A program made the translations under genes and the position numbers. A stretch of DNA of 64,000 bases. Source: Faecousia sp. (GTDB lineage: Bacteria; Bacillota; Clostridia; Oscillospirales; Oscillospiraceae). The stretch is from NCBI GenBank assembly GCA_045531275.1, contig JAZSDS010000008.1, positions 20,229 through 84,228 of the forward strand, given 5' to 3'. Of this stretch, positions 36,794 to 45,700 are shown one piece after another. Position 1 is the stretch's first letter. Each line of letters begins with the position of its first letter. Below the pieces are notes generated by a model. The model was not told the origin of the DNA. It saw nothing but the letters and a program-made list of their open reading frames with translations, and did no database searches.

Positions 36794-36822
36794 AGTATAT
36801 TGAACTCCGCCTCGATTGTCAA
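36794..36822 (-). promoter_or_regulatory. sigma-A type promoter upstream of the AbrB-fold gene
   Basis: On the minus strand: TTGACA (36822-36817), a 17-nt spacer, then TATACT (36799-36794). The -35 element sits in the loop of a 10-bp hairpin (36805-36814 / 36826-36835). Confidence 0.6.
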
Positions 36823-36850
36823 TACCGAAGCGGAGCAATGTGATAAAAAA

Positions 36851-37573
36851 TTAATTACGTTTGCGTCGACCGCCGCCAAATATTGCGATCAATCTCACCA
36901 GTTGGGCCAAAGAGACTGCCGTGGCTGCAACATACGTCATAGCAGCAGCACGCAATGTTTTTTTTGCACCCATTTGCTCTTCATCAGTCAGAAGGCCACC
37001 TTGTTCGATGGCCTCAATAGCCCTACGGCTGGCGTTAAATTCCACAGGCAGCGTAACAAGCTGAAATACAAGTGAAAGGGCGAAACAGGCAATACCAATA
37101 TAAACGATGGTGTAGGATACAGATCCCAGGGCAGTCAGCAGAAAACCAAGAAGTATCAGCGGCATAGCAAGTTTGGAACCAAAGTTCGTGATTGGAATAA
37201 TGGCAGCGCGTAGTTTTATTGGAGCATAATTATGCGCATACTGTACTGCGTGGCCTGCCTCGTGACACGCAACGCCGATTGCGGCTGTTGATGCATTATC
37301 ATATACATTGTCGGAAAGTCGAATTACATTTGTTTTTGGATCGTAGTGGTCGGTAAGTTTTCCGTTTATACGCTCGATCCGTACGCCGCTGACACCGTTG
37401 CTTTGCAGCACACGTTGCGCTGCCTGAGCGCCGGTGATCCGCCTGGAGGAGATCTGTTTGGAATATTTTTGGAATGTGCTGTTTACCCTTGCACTGGCCC
37501 ATAAAGAAAGGAGAATGCAAGGGAGAACAAATATAATATATGTCCAGTCAAAACCGTAATAATACAGTGGCAT
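36851..37573 (-). CDS. yugP: membrane zinc metallopeptidase, YugP family (Zn_peptidase_2)
   Basis: HEAGHAVQ zinc motif, an N-terminal TM helix and C-terminal TM helices. Confidence 0.8.
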   Translation of the reverse strand: MPLYYYGFDWTYIIFVLPCILLSLWASARVNSTFQKYSKQISSRRITGAQAAQRVLQSNGVSGVRIERINGKLTDHYDPKTNVIRLSDNVYDNASTAAIGVACHEAGHAVQYAHNYAPIKLRAAIIPITNFGSKLAMPLILLGFLLTALGSVSYTIVYIGIACFALSLVFQLVTLPVEFNASRRAIEAIEQGGLLTDEEQMGAKKTLRAAAMTYVAATAVSLAQLVRLIAIFGGGRRKRN

Positions 37574-37584
37574 AGTTGCCCTCC

Positions 37585-38373
37585 TTACTGGATCTGTATA
37601 GGATCCATCGCATAATGCAGTTCGTCGGTAATTGCTCCGCGGAAGATTGGGTAGGCTTGTTTGTGCAGTGTTTCAAGTGCACCTGCGGAGTAATTCACGG
37701 GTATATTTCCTGTCATAAAAAGATCCTGATCGAAAATGAATCTTATTTCGTTATCAGTATGCCCATTTTGTTTTACAATACCGGGTCCGGCGTGAATTTT
37801 CGCGCGGCAGCCTCCCTGAATTGAGAATTCTGCGTCTACACAGTTTCTGCTGGTTTCCTGCTCATATATTTCTCTATCATTTAATATTCCCAGATATGCG
37901 GGTTGAAACAGTTTAGAAAAGGGTATGGATTCCAGATCCAAATTTTTTCTTGAAATGAAATTCATATAACGCAAACCGATCCGCTGAAAATATGCAGGTT
38001 TATAGACCTGTATGAAGGATACAAGAGGTTTGTCAAGCTTCTTTGCAAATTCTTCCCAACATGTGTAGTTCGTGCAGGCAAGGGATATGAAGCGACTGGT
38101 AAGGTTGATGCGCCACATGCCGTCGGCAGAAACAAATTGATAATTTGGGGTAGGCTTTTGGTTTTCTATATGGTAATTTCCCGGTATACCTGCTATTCTG
38201 GGAGCCGGGGTTTCCGCTCTTTCTGAAAACTGGGGAAATTCGTCTCGGATAAGGTCCTGGAACACTGCAGGTTGATTGGCGTTTATAGTCAGTATATCCG
38301 GAAACCGCAGTTGGCAAATCACCTCAGCAACCTGGTTTTTGCGGTAGATACACCTTGTTTCTGTTGAAAACAT
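37585..38373 (-). CDS. uncharacterised protein, TIGR04255-like family
   Basis: 262 aa. The N-terminus, YRKNQVAEVICQLRFPDIL, resembles the TIGR04255 conserved hypothetical family. The assignment is from memory, and no catalytic motif is seen. Confidence 0.5.
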   Translation of the reverse strand: MFSTETRCIYRKNQVAEVICQLRFPDILTINANQPAVFQDLIRDEFPQFSERAETPAPRIAGIPGNYHIENQKPTPNYQFVSADGMWRINLTSRFISLACTNYTCWEEFAKKLDKPLVSFIQVYKPAYFQRIGLRYMNFISRKNLDLESIPFSKLFQPAYLGILNDREIYEQETSRNCVDAEFSIQGGCRAKIHAGPGIVKQNGHTDNEIRFIFDQDLFMTGNIPVNYSAGALETLHKQAYPIFRGAITDELHYAMDPIQIQ

Positions 38374-38502
38374 AATGCTCCTCCGATCCTGTTATATAGA
38401 TTATTATACTTGGTAACATTTCAAAACGCAAGGTGCTAAGGTGTAGACATCTCGTTAAATGGGATGTATAATATAGAAAACACTGGTATAAGGAGAAGGT
38501 AC

Positions 38503-39414
38503 ATGGAATTTCTGTATTTACTGGAGAAGATCCGGATGCCGGTTCTAAATGATTTTATGCTGCTTATTACAAGATTGGGAGAGGAAACTGCCTTCTTAGT
38601 CATCGCGTTGATTATTTTCTGGTGCGTTGACAAATATAAGGGATATTATATTCTTGGTGTAGGATTTTTAGGTACCATCGCTAACCAGTTTATGAAATTG
38701 TGGTTCCGAATTCCCCGTCCCTGGGTCATGGATGAAAATTTTACCATTCTGGAACAGGCAAGAGAGGCTGCCAGCGGTTATAGCTTCCCCAGTGGACATA
38801 CGCAAAACGCTGTAGGAACTTTTGGCGGATTGGCTTATACGGCAAATAAAAAATGGCTTCGTATTGTAGCGTTAGCCATTGCTGTGTTAGTGCCTTTTTC
38901 GCGCATGTATATTGGCGTACATACTCCTTTGGATGTGTTGGTAGCTGCTGCAATGGCGGTGTTGCTTGTTCTGCTGTTAAAACCATTTGTGTTAGGGGAC
39001 GGTAAGAATAATATTCCTGTCCTTTTGGGAATTATGACGGTTCTTGCAATTAGCTTCCTTTGCTTTGTTGAATACTATCCGTTTCCTGTTGATATTGATC
39101 AGCATTACCTTGAATCCGGATTAAGTAATGCCTATACTTTGATGGGCGCAATATTAGGACTTATGGCTGTGTATATTGTGGATGAAAAGTGGCTAAATTT
39201 CTCTACAAAGGCAGTGTTCTGGGTACAGGTAGAGAAGGTGTTATTTGGTCTGGCCTTGGTCCTGGCTGTCAAAAGCGGATTTAAAACACCCCTGAATATG
39301 CTTTTTGGTAATTATATTGGCAGGGCAATTCGCTATTTTTTGGTTGTAGTTGTAGCTGGTATCCTTTGGCCCTGGGTGTTTGATAAAATATTAAAACTTG
39401 GTTTTAAGGAGTAA
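38503..39414 (+). CDS. PAP2-superfamily lipid phosphatase
   Basis: PAP2 motifs KLWFRIPRP, SFPSGHT and SRMYIGVHTPLDV. Multi-TM. ATG 38503 is preceded by AAGGAGAAGG. Confidence 0.85.
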   Translation: MEFLYLLEKIRMPVLNDFMLLITRLGEETAFLVIALIIFWCVDKYKGYYILGVGFLGTIANQFMKLWFRIPRPWVMDENFTILEQAREAASGYSFPSGHTQNAVGTFGGLAYTANKKWLRIVALAIAVLVPFSRMYIGVHTPLDVLVAAAMAVLLVLLLKPFVLGDGKNNIPVLLGIMTVLAISFLCFVEYYPFPVDIDQHYLESGLSNAYTLMGAILGLMAVYIVDEKWLNFSTKAVFWVQVEKVLFGLALVLAVKSGFKTPLNMLFGNYIGRAIRYFLVVVVAGILWPWVFDKILKLGFKE

Positions 39415-39417
39415 TAC

Positions 39418-40359
39418 ATGCCATTTATCGTGTTTGTCGCCGGTGCGATTTTGCTATTGGTACTCGCCAGTGGTGGCTATGTCTTCTGGGTGGGGTGTGT
39501 CCGCAGGAAGGATCTTCTTTGGCTTGTGGAAGAGGAGATCAGAAAAACAACATACGGTAAGTACTATGAAAATATAGTAGAGGCAAATCAGTGGTTGATG
39601 GATCACAATGCCCAGGATGTTTATATCAAAAGCTACGACGGATTAAAGCTACATGGATTATGGATCCCTGCAGAAAATCCAAAAGGAACGGTCTTGTTTG
39701 CTCACGGCTATCGCAGTACAATGCTGGTTGATTTTGGCCTGGCTTTTGACTTTTATCATCGCTATGGGCTGAATCTACTGATTCCTGAACAAAGAGGTCA
39801 TGGAAAAAGTGAAGGTAGATATATCACATTTGGCGTAAAAGAAAGCAATGACATGCTGCAGTGGATAAAATTCCATAACCGGGAGAACTGTTGCGTCCCC
39901 GTTATTTTGAGTGGGCTTTCTATGGGCGCATCCACAATGATGTACCTTGCCGATGAGGAGCTCCCGGTTAATGTGCGGGGCATCATCGCCGATTGTGGTT
40001 TTACCTCTCCTAAGGAAATTCTGACTTCTGTTTTTAAGAGAGTTATTCATTTACCTGCAGCCCCCACTATCTGGGCTACTGATTTGTTCGCAAGACTATT
40101 TGCGGGATTCAGCCTATCACAGAAGGATACCAGAATTACGCTCTCAAAAAATAAATTACCCATTCTTATGGTGCATGGAACGGACGATGACTTTGTTCCT
40201 TGTGAGATGACAAAGGAAGGCTACTCTGTCTGCACAGGCCCTAAGAAGCTCCTTTTGGCAGAAGGGGCGGATCATGGCACCAGCTTCTTAGTGGCCCGGG
40301 AACGCTATACAAAAATGATATTGGATTTCTTAAAAGAAACACTGGTTTTAAAGAAATAG
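39418..40359 (+). CDS. alpha/beta-hydrolase with N-terminal membrane anchor
   Basis: Nucleophile elbow GLSMGAS, HGTDDDFVP and a terminal His region. It begins 3 nt after the PAP2 gene. Confidence 0.8.
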   Translation: MPFIVFVAGAILLLVLASGGYVFWVGCVRRKDLLWLVEEEIRKTTYGKYYENIVEANQWLMDHNAQDVYIKSYDGLKLHGLWIPAENPKGTVLFAHGYRSTMLVDFGLAFDFYHRYGLNLLIPEQRGHGKSEGRYITFGVKESNDMLQWIKFHNRENCCVPVILSGLSMGASTMMYLADEELPVNVRGIIADCGFTSPKEILTSVFKRVIHLPAAPTIWATDLFARLFAGFSLSQKDTRITLSKNKLPILMVHGTDDDFVPCEMTKEGYSVCTGPKKLLLAEGADHGTSFLVARERYTKMILDFLKETLVLKK

Positions 40360-40374
40360 AAGGGAGAAACAATT

Positions 40375-40812
40375 ATGGGACCCATACATGTTAAGAGGTT
40401 AAATAACAATGCAAAACTTCCGACATACGGCTCGGTGGAAGCCGCAGGCGCAGATCTCTATGCCTGTCTGGAGGATGCAGTGGTTATTCAACCCGGCGAA
40501 TCCGCTTGGATTCCTACCGGAATATCGTTGGAGGTACCTAAGGGCTGCGCTGGCTTAATATTTGCCCGGAGTAGTATGGGGATCAAGCGTGGTTTGGCAC
40601 CTGCAAATAAAGTTGGTGTAATTGACAGTGACTATAGAGGTGAAATTAAGGTGGTTTTGCTCAATCACGGCAGTGAACCTCAGGTCGTTGAGAATGGCGA
40701 ACGAATTGCTCAGTTTGTTATCACACCCATACTTACGCCCGCGTATATCGAGGTAGAATCCTTATCAGATACCGAGCGGGGCATAGGCGGTTTCGGTTCT
40801 ACAGGAAAATAA
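40375..40812 (+). CDS. dut: dUTP diphosphatase
   Basis: AAGADLYA, SSMGIKRGL, GVIDSDYRGEI and RGIGGFGSTG motifs. Confidence 0.95.
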   Translation: MGPIHVKRLNNNAKLPTYGSVEAAGADLYACLEDAVVIQPGESAWIPTGISLEVPKGCAGLIFARSSMGIKRGLAPANKVGVIDSDYRGEIKVVLLNHGSEPQVVENGERIAQFVITPILTPAYIEVESLSDTERGIGGFGSTGK

Positions 40813-40816
40813 TAAA

Positions 40817-40842
40817 GGCCCTCCGGATTGTATTCGGAGGGC
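40817..40842. terminator. terminator hairpin between dut and convergent glnN
   Basis: GGCCCTCCG-GATTGTATT-CGGAGGGCC. The flanking T/A runs are short. Confidence 0.6.
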
Positions 40843-40850
40843 CAATTCAA

Positions 40851-42944
40851 TTAGTAGAATAAAAGATCAGAGTAAGTAGGATATGGCCAATAGGATTTTG
40901 CGGTCAGCTTTTCAAGAAGATCGGCGTACTTTCTTACAGACTGCATACCCGGGATGATTACATCACTGTAATATTCCATTGCCTCGCTGCTGTCTGCAGG
41001 AACGGCTTTTAGATGCGCATAAAGCATTTCGCTTTGTTCATATAAATTGTCGCAGCACTCAGACAGGCGCTTGACGAGTGATGTTTCGGTTGCGGCCTTA
41101 ATTGCAGTTCCTACAGCCTCACGCTTATTGTTAATGCCGGCAGCAAGGTCTGAAGAATAACGCAACGCTGCGGGTATGATCTGATGCATTACCATATCCA
41201 CCATAGTTTTTGCTTCAATATTGATCATCTTATTATAGGTTTGAACATGGATCTCGTGACGGGCCTTAAATTCAGACTCTGTAAAGACTTTGTGTTTGGT
41301 AACAAGATCGATATTCTTTTTTGAGATGTAGTGAGGGAGGGCTTTTGCGGTGGAGGGTAGATTGTTTAGCCCGCGCCGGGCTGCTTCCTCCTGCCATTCC
41401 TGAGAGTAACCGTTTCCGTTAAAGATGATCCGTTGATGCTGCGTGAAGGTATCACATACAAGCTTCTGCAACGTGGAATCAAAGTCATCGGCTTTTTCTA
41501 ATATATCAGCGAAGATGCTGAGTTCTTCAGCCATAATGGTATTCAGTGCAATGTTAGGGCCGGCAATGGATTGTGAAGAACCCAACATACGGAACTCAAA
41601 CTTATTGCCTGTAAAAGCAATTGGAGAGGTGCGGTTTCGGTCGGTTGTATCCTTTGGGAGTACAGGTAGTACATCAACGCCGATCCGCATCAGGCTCTTG
41701 TCAGGATCTGTGTAGTTTGTGCCGTTTATAATAGACTCAACCACAGCGGTAAGCTCATCGCCAAGAAAAACGGAGATGATAGCCGGGGGTGCTTCGTGGG
41801 CACCCAAGCGGTGGTCATTACCGGCAAAAGCAACAGAACAACGCAGGAACTCCTGATACTCATCGATTCCTCTGATGAAGGCTGCCAGAAATACAAGAAA
41901 CTGTGCATTTTGTCTGGGGGTTTTTCCTGGCTTAAACAGGTTTTTTCCGGAGTCGGTACATAAAGACCAGTTGTTGTGCTTACCGGAACCATTTACCCCA
42001 GCAAAAGGTTTTTCGTGGAGAAGACAGACAAGATCATGTTTTGCGGCGCATTTTTTCATGACCATCATTGTCAGCTGGTTGGCATCGCAGGCGCTGCTTG
42101 CGTCAGAGTAGATCGGGGCAAGCTCATGCTGACAGGGAGCACCCTCGTTATGCTTTGTCTTAGAGAGGACACCAAGTCGCCAAAGCTGCTCATCCAGGTC
42201 TTTCATAAAGGTGGAGACCCTGGTGCGAATGGTACCAAAGTAATGGTCGTCTAATTCCTGGCCCTTTGGTGGCGCTGCGCCAAACAGTGTGCGTCCCGTC
42301 AGGCGCAGATCTTCTCTTTGTGCGTAAATTGATTTAGGGATCAGAAAATACTCCTGTTCCGCACCAACAGAAACCTGAACATGTTTTGTTTCATTATCGC
42401 CAAACAACCTAAGAATGCGTACAGCTTCCTTAGAGACATCATCTATTGATTTCAGCAAAGGCGTTTTCTTGTCCAGAGCATCTCCTGTGTAGGAGAAGAA
42501 GCAGGTGGGGATGTACAGGCTGCTGTCCTTAACAAAGGCAAAGGCGGTAGGGTCCCATGCAGTGTAGCCTCTGGCTTCAAATGTGGCACGAAGGCCGCCG
42601 GAAGGGAAGGAAGATGCGTCAGGTTCGCCGCGCACCAGTTCTTTTCCGGAAAATTCCATAATAACTTTTCCGTCTCCTGCCGGAGTAATGAAAGAATCAT
42701 GTTTTTCGGCAGTGATTCCAGTCATAGGTTGGAACCAGTGGGTGTAGTGGGTTGCACCCTTTTCAATCGCCCAGGTTTTCATAGCCTCAGCAATTTCATT
42801 TGCTACATTAAGGGGAAGGGGGGAATCATTTTGGATACACTCTTTCCAGGCGTTGTATGTACCGGGTGCCAGGCGCTGCTTCATGGTGGATTCATTAAAG
42901 ACATCGCTGCCAAAAATTTCCGGAACGCATAAGCTCTGACTCAT
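40851..42944 (-). CDS. glnN: glutamine synthetase type III
   Basis: 697 aa. The N-terminus FGSDVFNESTMKQRL, plus THYTHWFQP, EQEYFLI and NNWSL, are typical of GSIII. Confidence 0.9.
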   Translation of the reverse strand: MSQSLCVPEIFGSDVFNESTMKQRLAPGTYNAWKECIQNDSPLPLNVANEIAEAMKTWAIEKGATHYTHWFQPMTGITAEKHDSFITPAGDGKVIMEFSGKELVRGEPDASSFPSGGLRATFEARGYTAWDPTAFAFVKDSSLYIPTCFFSYTGDALDKKTPLLKSIDDVSKEAVRILRLFGDNETKHVQVSVGAEQEYFLIPKSIYAQREDLRLTGRTLFGAAPPKGQELDDHYFGTIRTRVSTFMKDLDEQLWRLGVLSKTKHNEGAPCQHELAPIYSDASSACDANQLTMMVMKKCAAKHDLVCLLHEKPFAGVNGSGKHNNWSLCTDSGKNLFKPGKTPRQNAQFLVFLAAFIRGIDEYQEFLRCSVAFAGNDHRLGAHEAPPAIISVFLGDELTAVVESIINGTNYTDPDKSLMRIGVDVLPVLPKDTTDRNRTSPIAFTGNKFEFRMLGSSQSIAGPNIALNTIMAEELSIFADILEKADDFDSTLQKLVCDTFTQHQRIIFNGNGYSQEWQEEAARRGLNNLPSTAKALPHYISKKNIDLVTKHKVFTESEFKARHEIHVQTYNKMINIEAKTMVDMVMHQIIPAALRYSSDLAAGINNKREAVGTAIKAATETSLVKRLSECCDNLYEQSEMLYAHLKAVPADSSEAMEYYSDVIIPGMQSVRKYADLLEKLTAKSYWPYPTYSDLLFY

Positions 42945-43179
42945 TTACAATCCGTCCTTTCTGTGGGGTTAATATCCTAAAAATTTTCATAATAATTTTA
43001 TGTCAAATTCTTGCAGTTTTCAAGAGTTCAAAATGCATAAAAATGAAAGAGGGGATGCATTTTCCTTGTATATTGCTACGAAATGAAAAAAGAAGTGTTG
43101 AAAAATGATAAATAATTGTTGTGTTTTTGCATAAATGGAAATATAATACTCTCAAAGCATAAATGAAAGGATGATAACT

Positions 43180-44454
43180 ATGCAGTATTCTACCGCAACC
43201 AAGGCAGAACTGGAAAAAGAATACCAGAGTGTTATTGCGCATTATACAGCCTGCAAAGCTAAGAACCTGAAGCTTAATATGGCCAGAGGTAAGCCTGCAA
43301 AGCAGCAGCTGGATGCTGTGGCCGGCATTCTCGATTATGTTCACACCCCAGAGGAGTGTGTAGTGGACGGCGTCGATGTCCGTAATTATGGCGAGCTTTC
43401 CGGCTTAAAGTGCGCGAAGGAATATTGGGCAGACGTTCTTGGCTGCAAAGCAACAGAGGTTTTTGTTGGCGGCACATCCAGCCTGAATCTGATGTTCGAC
43501 ATTATTTCCCGGGCTTACAGCCATGGCTTGCAGCACAGCCAGCGCCCTTGGTGTAAGGAAGAAGCTGTTAAATTCCTGTGTCCCAGCCCCGGCTACGACC
43601 GTCACTTTAAGGTTACTGAGTTCTTTGGCGCTGAGTTAATTACAGTTCCTATGACTGCTACAGGCCCCGATATGGATGTTGTCGAGGAACTGGTAAAGGA
43701 CCCTCAGGTGAAGGGTATTTGGTGTGTTCCTAAATATTCCAACCCCGATGGTATTATTTACTCTGATGAAACCATCCGTCGGTTTGCTGCACTGAAGCCT
43801 GCCGCACCTGACTTTACCATTATGTGGGACAATGCATACTGCATTCACGAATTCGAGGGTGAATTTGTCCCGTTCCCTGATATTATTTCCCTTTGCGCGG
43901 AAGCAGGAAATCCTGATATGGTTTATGAGTTTGCATCCACATCTAAGATCACATTGGCCGGCGGCGGTATCTCTGTTGTGGCATCCTCCGAAGCAAACAT
44001 TGCTTATATCACGAAAATGTTTGGTATTCAGATGATCTCCTATGATAAGGTTAACCAGTTGCGCCATGTCCAGTTTCTGAAGAATAAGGCAAATACTATC
44101 GAGATCATGAAGTTGCATGCTGCTATCATGGCCCCGAAATTCAAGGTTGTAGCTGAAATGCTTGATAGAGAGATCAAGCCTCTGGGCTTCGCTAATTGGA
44201 ACCCACCCAAGGGCGGTTACTTTGTTAGTTTCAACGCAATGCCCGGAACTGCAAAGAGAGCCCTTGCTCTCTGCAAGGAAGCTGGTGTTGAAATGACACC
44301 TGCCGGCGCTACATATCCCTATGGCAAGGATCCCCAGGACAGCAATATTCGCATTGCGCCCAGTCTTCCTCCTGTAGAAGAACTGGAGCAGGCTATGGAT
44401 GTTTTCTGCACTTGTATTAAGTTGGCTGCTTTGGAGAAGCTTCTTAATAAGTAA
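43180..44454 (+). CDS. class I/II-fold PLP-dependent aminotransferase
   Basis: NMARGKPAKQQLD, NPDGIIYSDE and the PLP-lysine context ASTSKITLAGGG. The start is placed at ATG 43180, 9 nt after AAAGGA. Confidence 0.8.
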   Translation: MQYSTATKAELEKEYQSVIAHYTACKAKNLKLNMARGKPAKQQLDAVAGILDYVHTPEECVVDGVDVRNYGELSGLKCAKEYWADVLGCKATEVFVGGTSSLNLMFDIISRAYSHGLQHSQRPWCKEEAVKFLCPSPGYDRHFKVTEFFGAELITVPMTATGPDMDVVEELVKDPQVKGIWCVPKYSNPDGIIYSDETIRRFAALKPAAPDFTIMWDNAYCIHEFEGEFVPFPDIISLCAEAGNPDMVYEFASTSKITLAGGGISVVASSEANIAYITKMFGIQMISYDKVNQLRHVQFLKNKANTIEIMKLHAAIMAPKFKVVAEMLDREIKPLGFANWNPPKGGYFVSFNAMPGTAKRALALCKEAGVEMTPAGATYPYGKDPQDSNIRIAPSLPPVEELEQAMDVFCTCIKLAALEKLLNK

Positions 44455-44461
44455 AATACAT

Positions 44462-44493
44462 AACTGCGGGGATTTCCCCGCAGTTGTTTTTTT
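44462..44493 (+). terminator. intrinsic terminator after the aminotransferase gene
   Basis: AACTGCGGGGA-TT-TCCCCGCAGTT followed by GTTTTTTT. Confidence 0.8.
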
Positions 44494-44525
44494 GCCGCTA
44501 ATGTGGTATACTGCAACCGAGGTGT

Positions 44526-44945
44526 ATGAATGTGCTACACAAGATAATTGATTATATTAAAACGAATCATATCATTATGTATCTTTTTTTGGGTGTATTG
44601 ACAACATCTGTAAATTTTTTAGTGTACTTCTCTTTGTATAATGTGTTTGCCTTTTCAGCCACAGTGAGCAATATAACTGCTTGGGGAGCTGCTGTAGTTG
44701 TTGCGTTTGTTACGAATAAACCATTGGTATTCAGAAGTGTTGACTGGTCGGCAAAGCTAGTGATTCCTGAATTTTTGAAGTTTCTTGGTTGTCGTTTGTT
44801 CTCTGGGGTTTTGGAAACAGCAATAATTTATTTAACGGTTGATTTTCTGTTGTGGAATGGCAATCTCATGAAACTTCTGATTAGTGTTTTTGTTGTGATA
44901 TTTAATTATGTTGCAAGCAAACAAATGGTTTTTAGTGAAAGTTAA
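44526..44945 (+). CDS. GtrA-family membrane protein
   Basis: 139 aa with 4 TM segments. The YLFLGVLTTSVNFLVYF and FNYVASKQMVF motifs are typical of GtrA. Confidence 0.8.
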   Translation: MNVLHKIIDYIKTNHIIMYLFLGVLTTSVNFLVYFSLYNVFAFSATVSNITAWGAAVVVAFVTNKPLVFRSVDWSAKLVIPEFLKFLGCRLFSGVLETAIIYLTVDFLLWNGNLMKLLISVFVVIFNYVASKQMVFSES

Positions 44946-44992
44946 ATATATAAACACCACCTTAGCATCAAGACATCTAAGGTGGTGCTATT

Positions 44993-45700
44993 TTATACCT
45001 TTACATTCGGATCAGAGAATTCTTTCAGCCGCTGCTCATACGCTGCCATAGCAGATTGTTTATAAGCTGCTTCTGCATTAGTCCCGGTAAGACTGACCAG
45101 ATATTCACAGAACAGAGGGTTCAAGGGAAGGATTGGTCCTAAGATCTGGGTGCAAATTAAATTATTCAGGCGCATTCCTTCCAATTTGCTGTCCCGGTTG
45201 ATGCCGTCCCCACGTGAGCATTTTACAAAATAGTTTTCGGAGTTATCTCCGTAAAGTAGACTGAATTGGGAGCGGAAGCCTACCATCGTCATATCCTGGA
45301 ACTCACCGAGGACCTTACCGTTGTACCGATCAAACAGATTGGTCTTAACATTGATATCAAAGAAACCCAGAGCATCAACAGAGATGTTTTCTGTTATATA
45401 ATCGATATGCTTACAGAATACTTCTCCTGCATTACCTGTGGCAAGAATCGGAACATTTTGTTCGATTAATTCCTGAATGCGGGTTCTGTAGGGAAGAAGT
45501 TTCTCAATGACTCTGCGCTGAATAGATTCACTCATGGAGCCAATGTAAATTAGATTCGGCGTATTTTCAACAAAATAGGGTTTATCAGTTAATGCGGTAA
45601 AAACAAACTGGGCATCCGGCAGGGTAGCTTGCAGATAGGTTACATTCTGGCCATCGCCAAAGAGGTTGCAAGCTTCGTTAAACAGAATTTCTACAACCAT
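44993..45700 (-). CDS. GatD-like CobQ/GATase_3-type subunit, apparently lacking the glutaminase Cys and His
   Basis: Collinear with GatD as I remember the S. aureus sequence: NLFGDGQN, PNLIYIGS, EGMRLNNLICTQILGPILPLN versus [21 protein letters not shown]. The elbow reads PILATGNAGE where GatD has LTICGGYQF, and LG replaces HG. The gene abuts the murT-like gene. Confidence 0.7.
   Translation of the reverse strand: MVVEILFNEACNLFGDGQNVTYLQATLPDAQFVFTALTDKPYFVENTPNLIYIGSMSESIQRRVIEKLLPYRTRIQELIEQNVPILATGNAGEVFCKHIDYITENISVDALGFFDINVKTNLFDRYNGKVLGEFQDMTMVGFRSQFSLLYGDNSENYFVKCSRGDGINRDSKLEGMRLNNLICTQILGPILPLNPLFCEYLVSLTGTNAEAAYKQSAMAAYEQRLKEFSDPNVKV

Noticed and set aside
42945-43179. A GlnR/TnrA operator or glutamine riboswitch upstream of glnN.
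   Set aside because: There is no match to TGTNAN7TNACA on inspection, and no structured element resembling the glnA RNA motif. Only the repeats reported as a separate finding are present.
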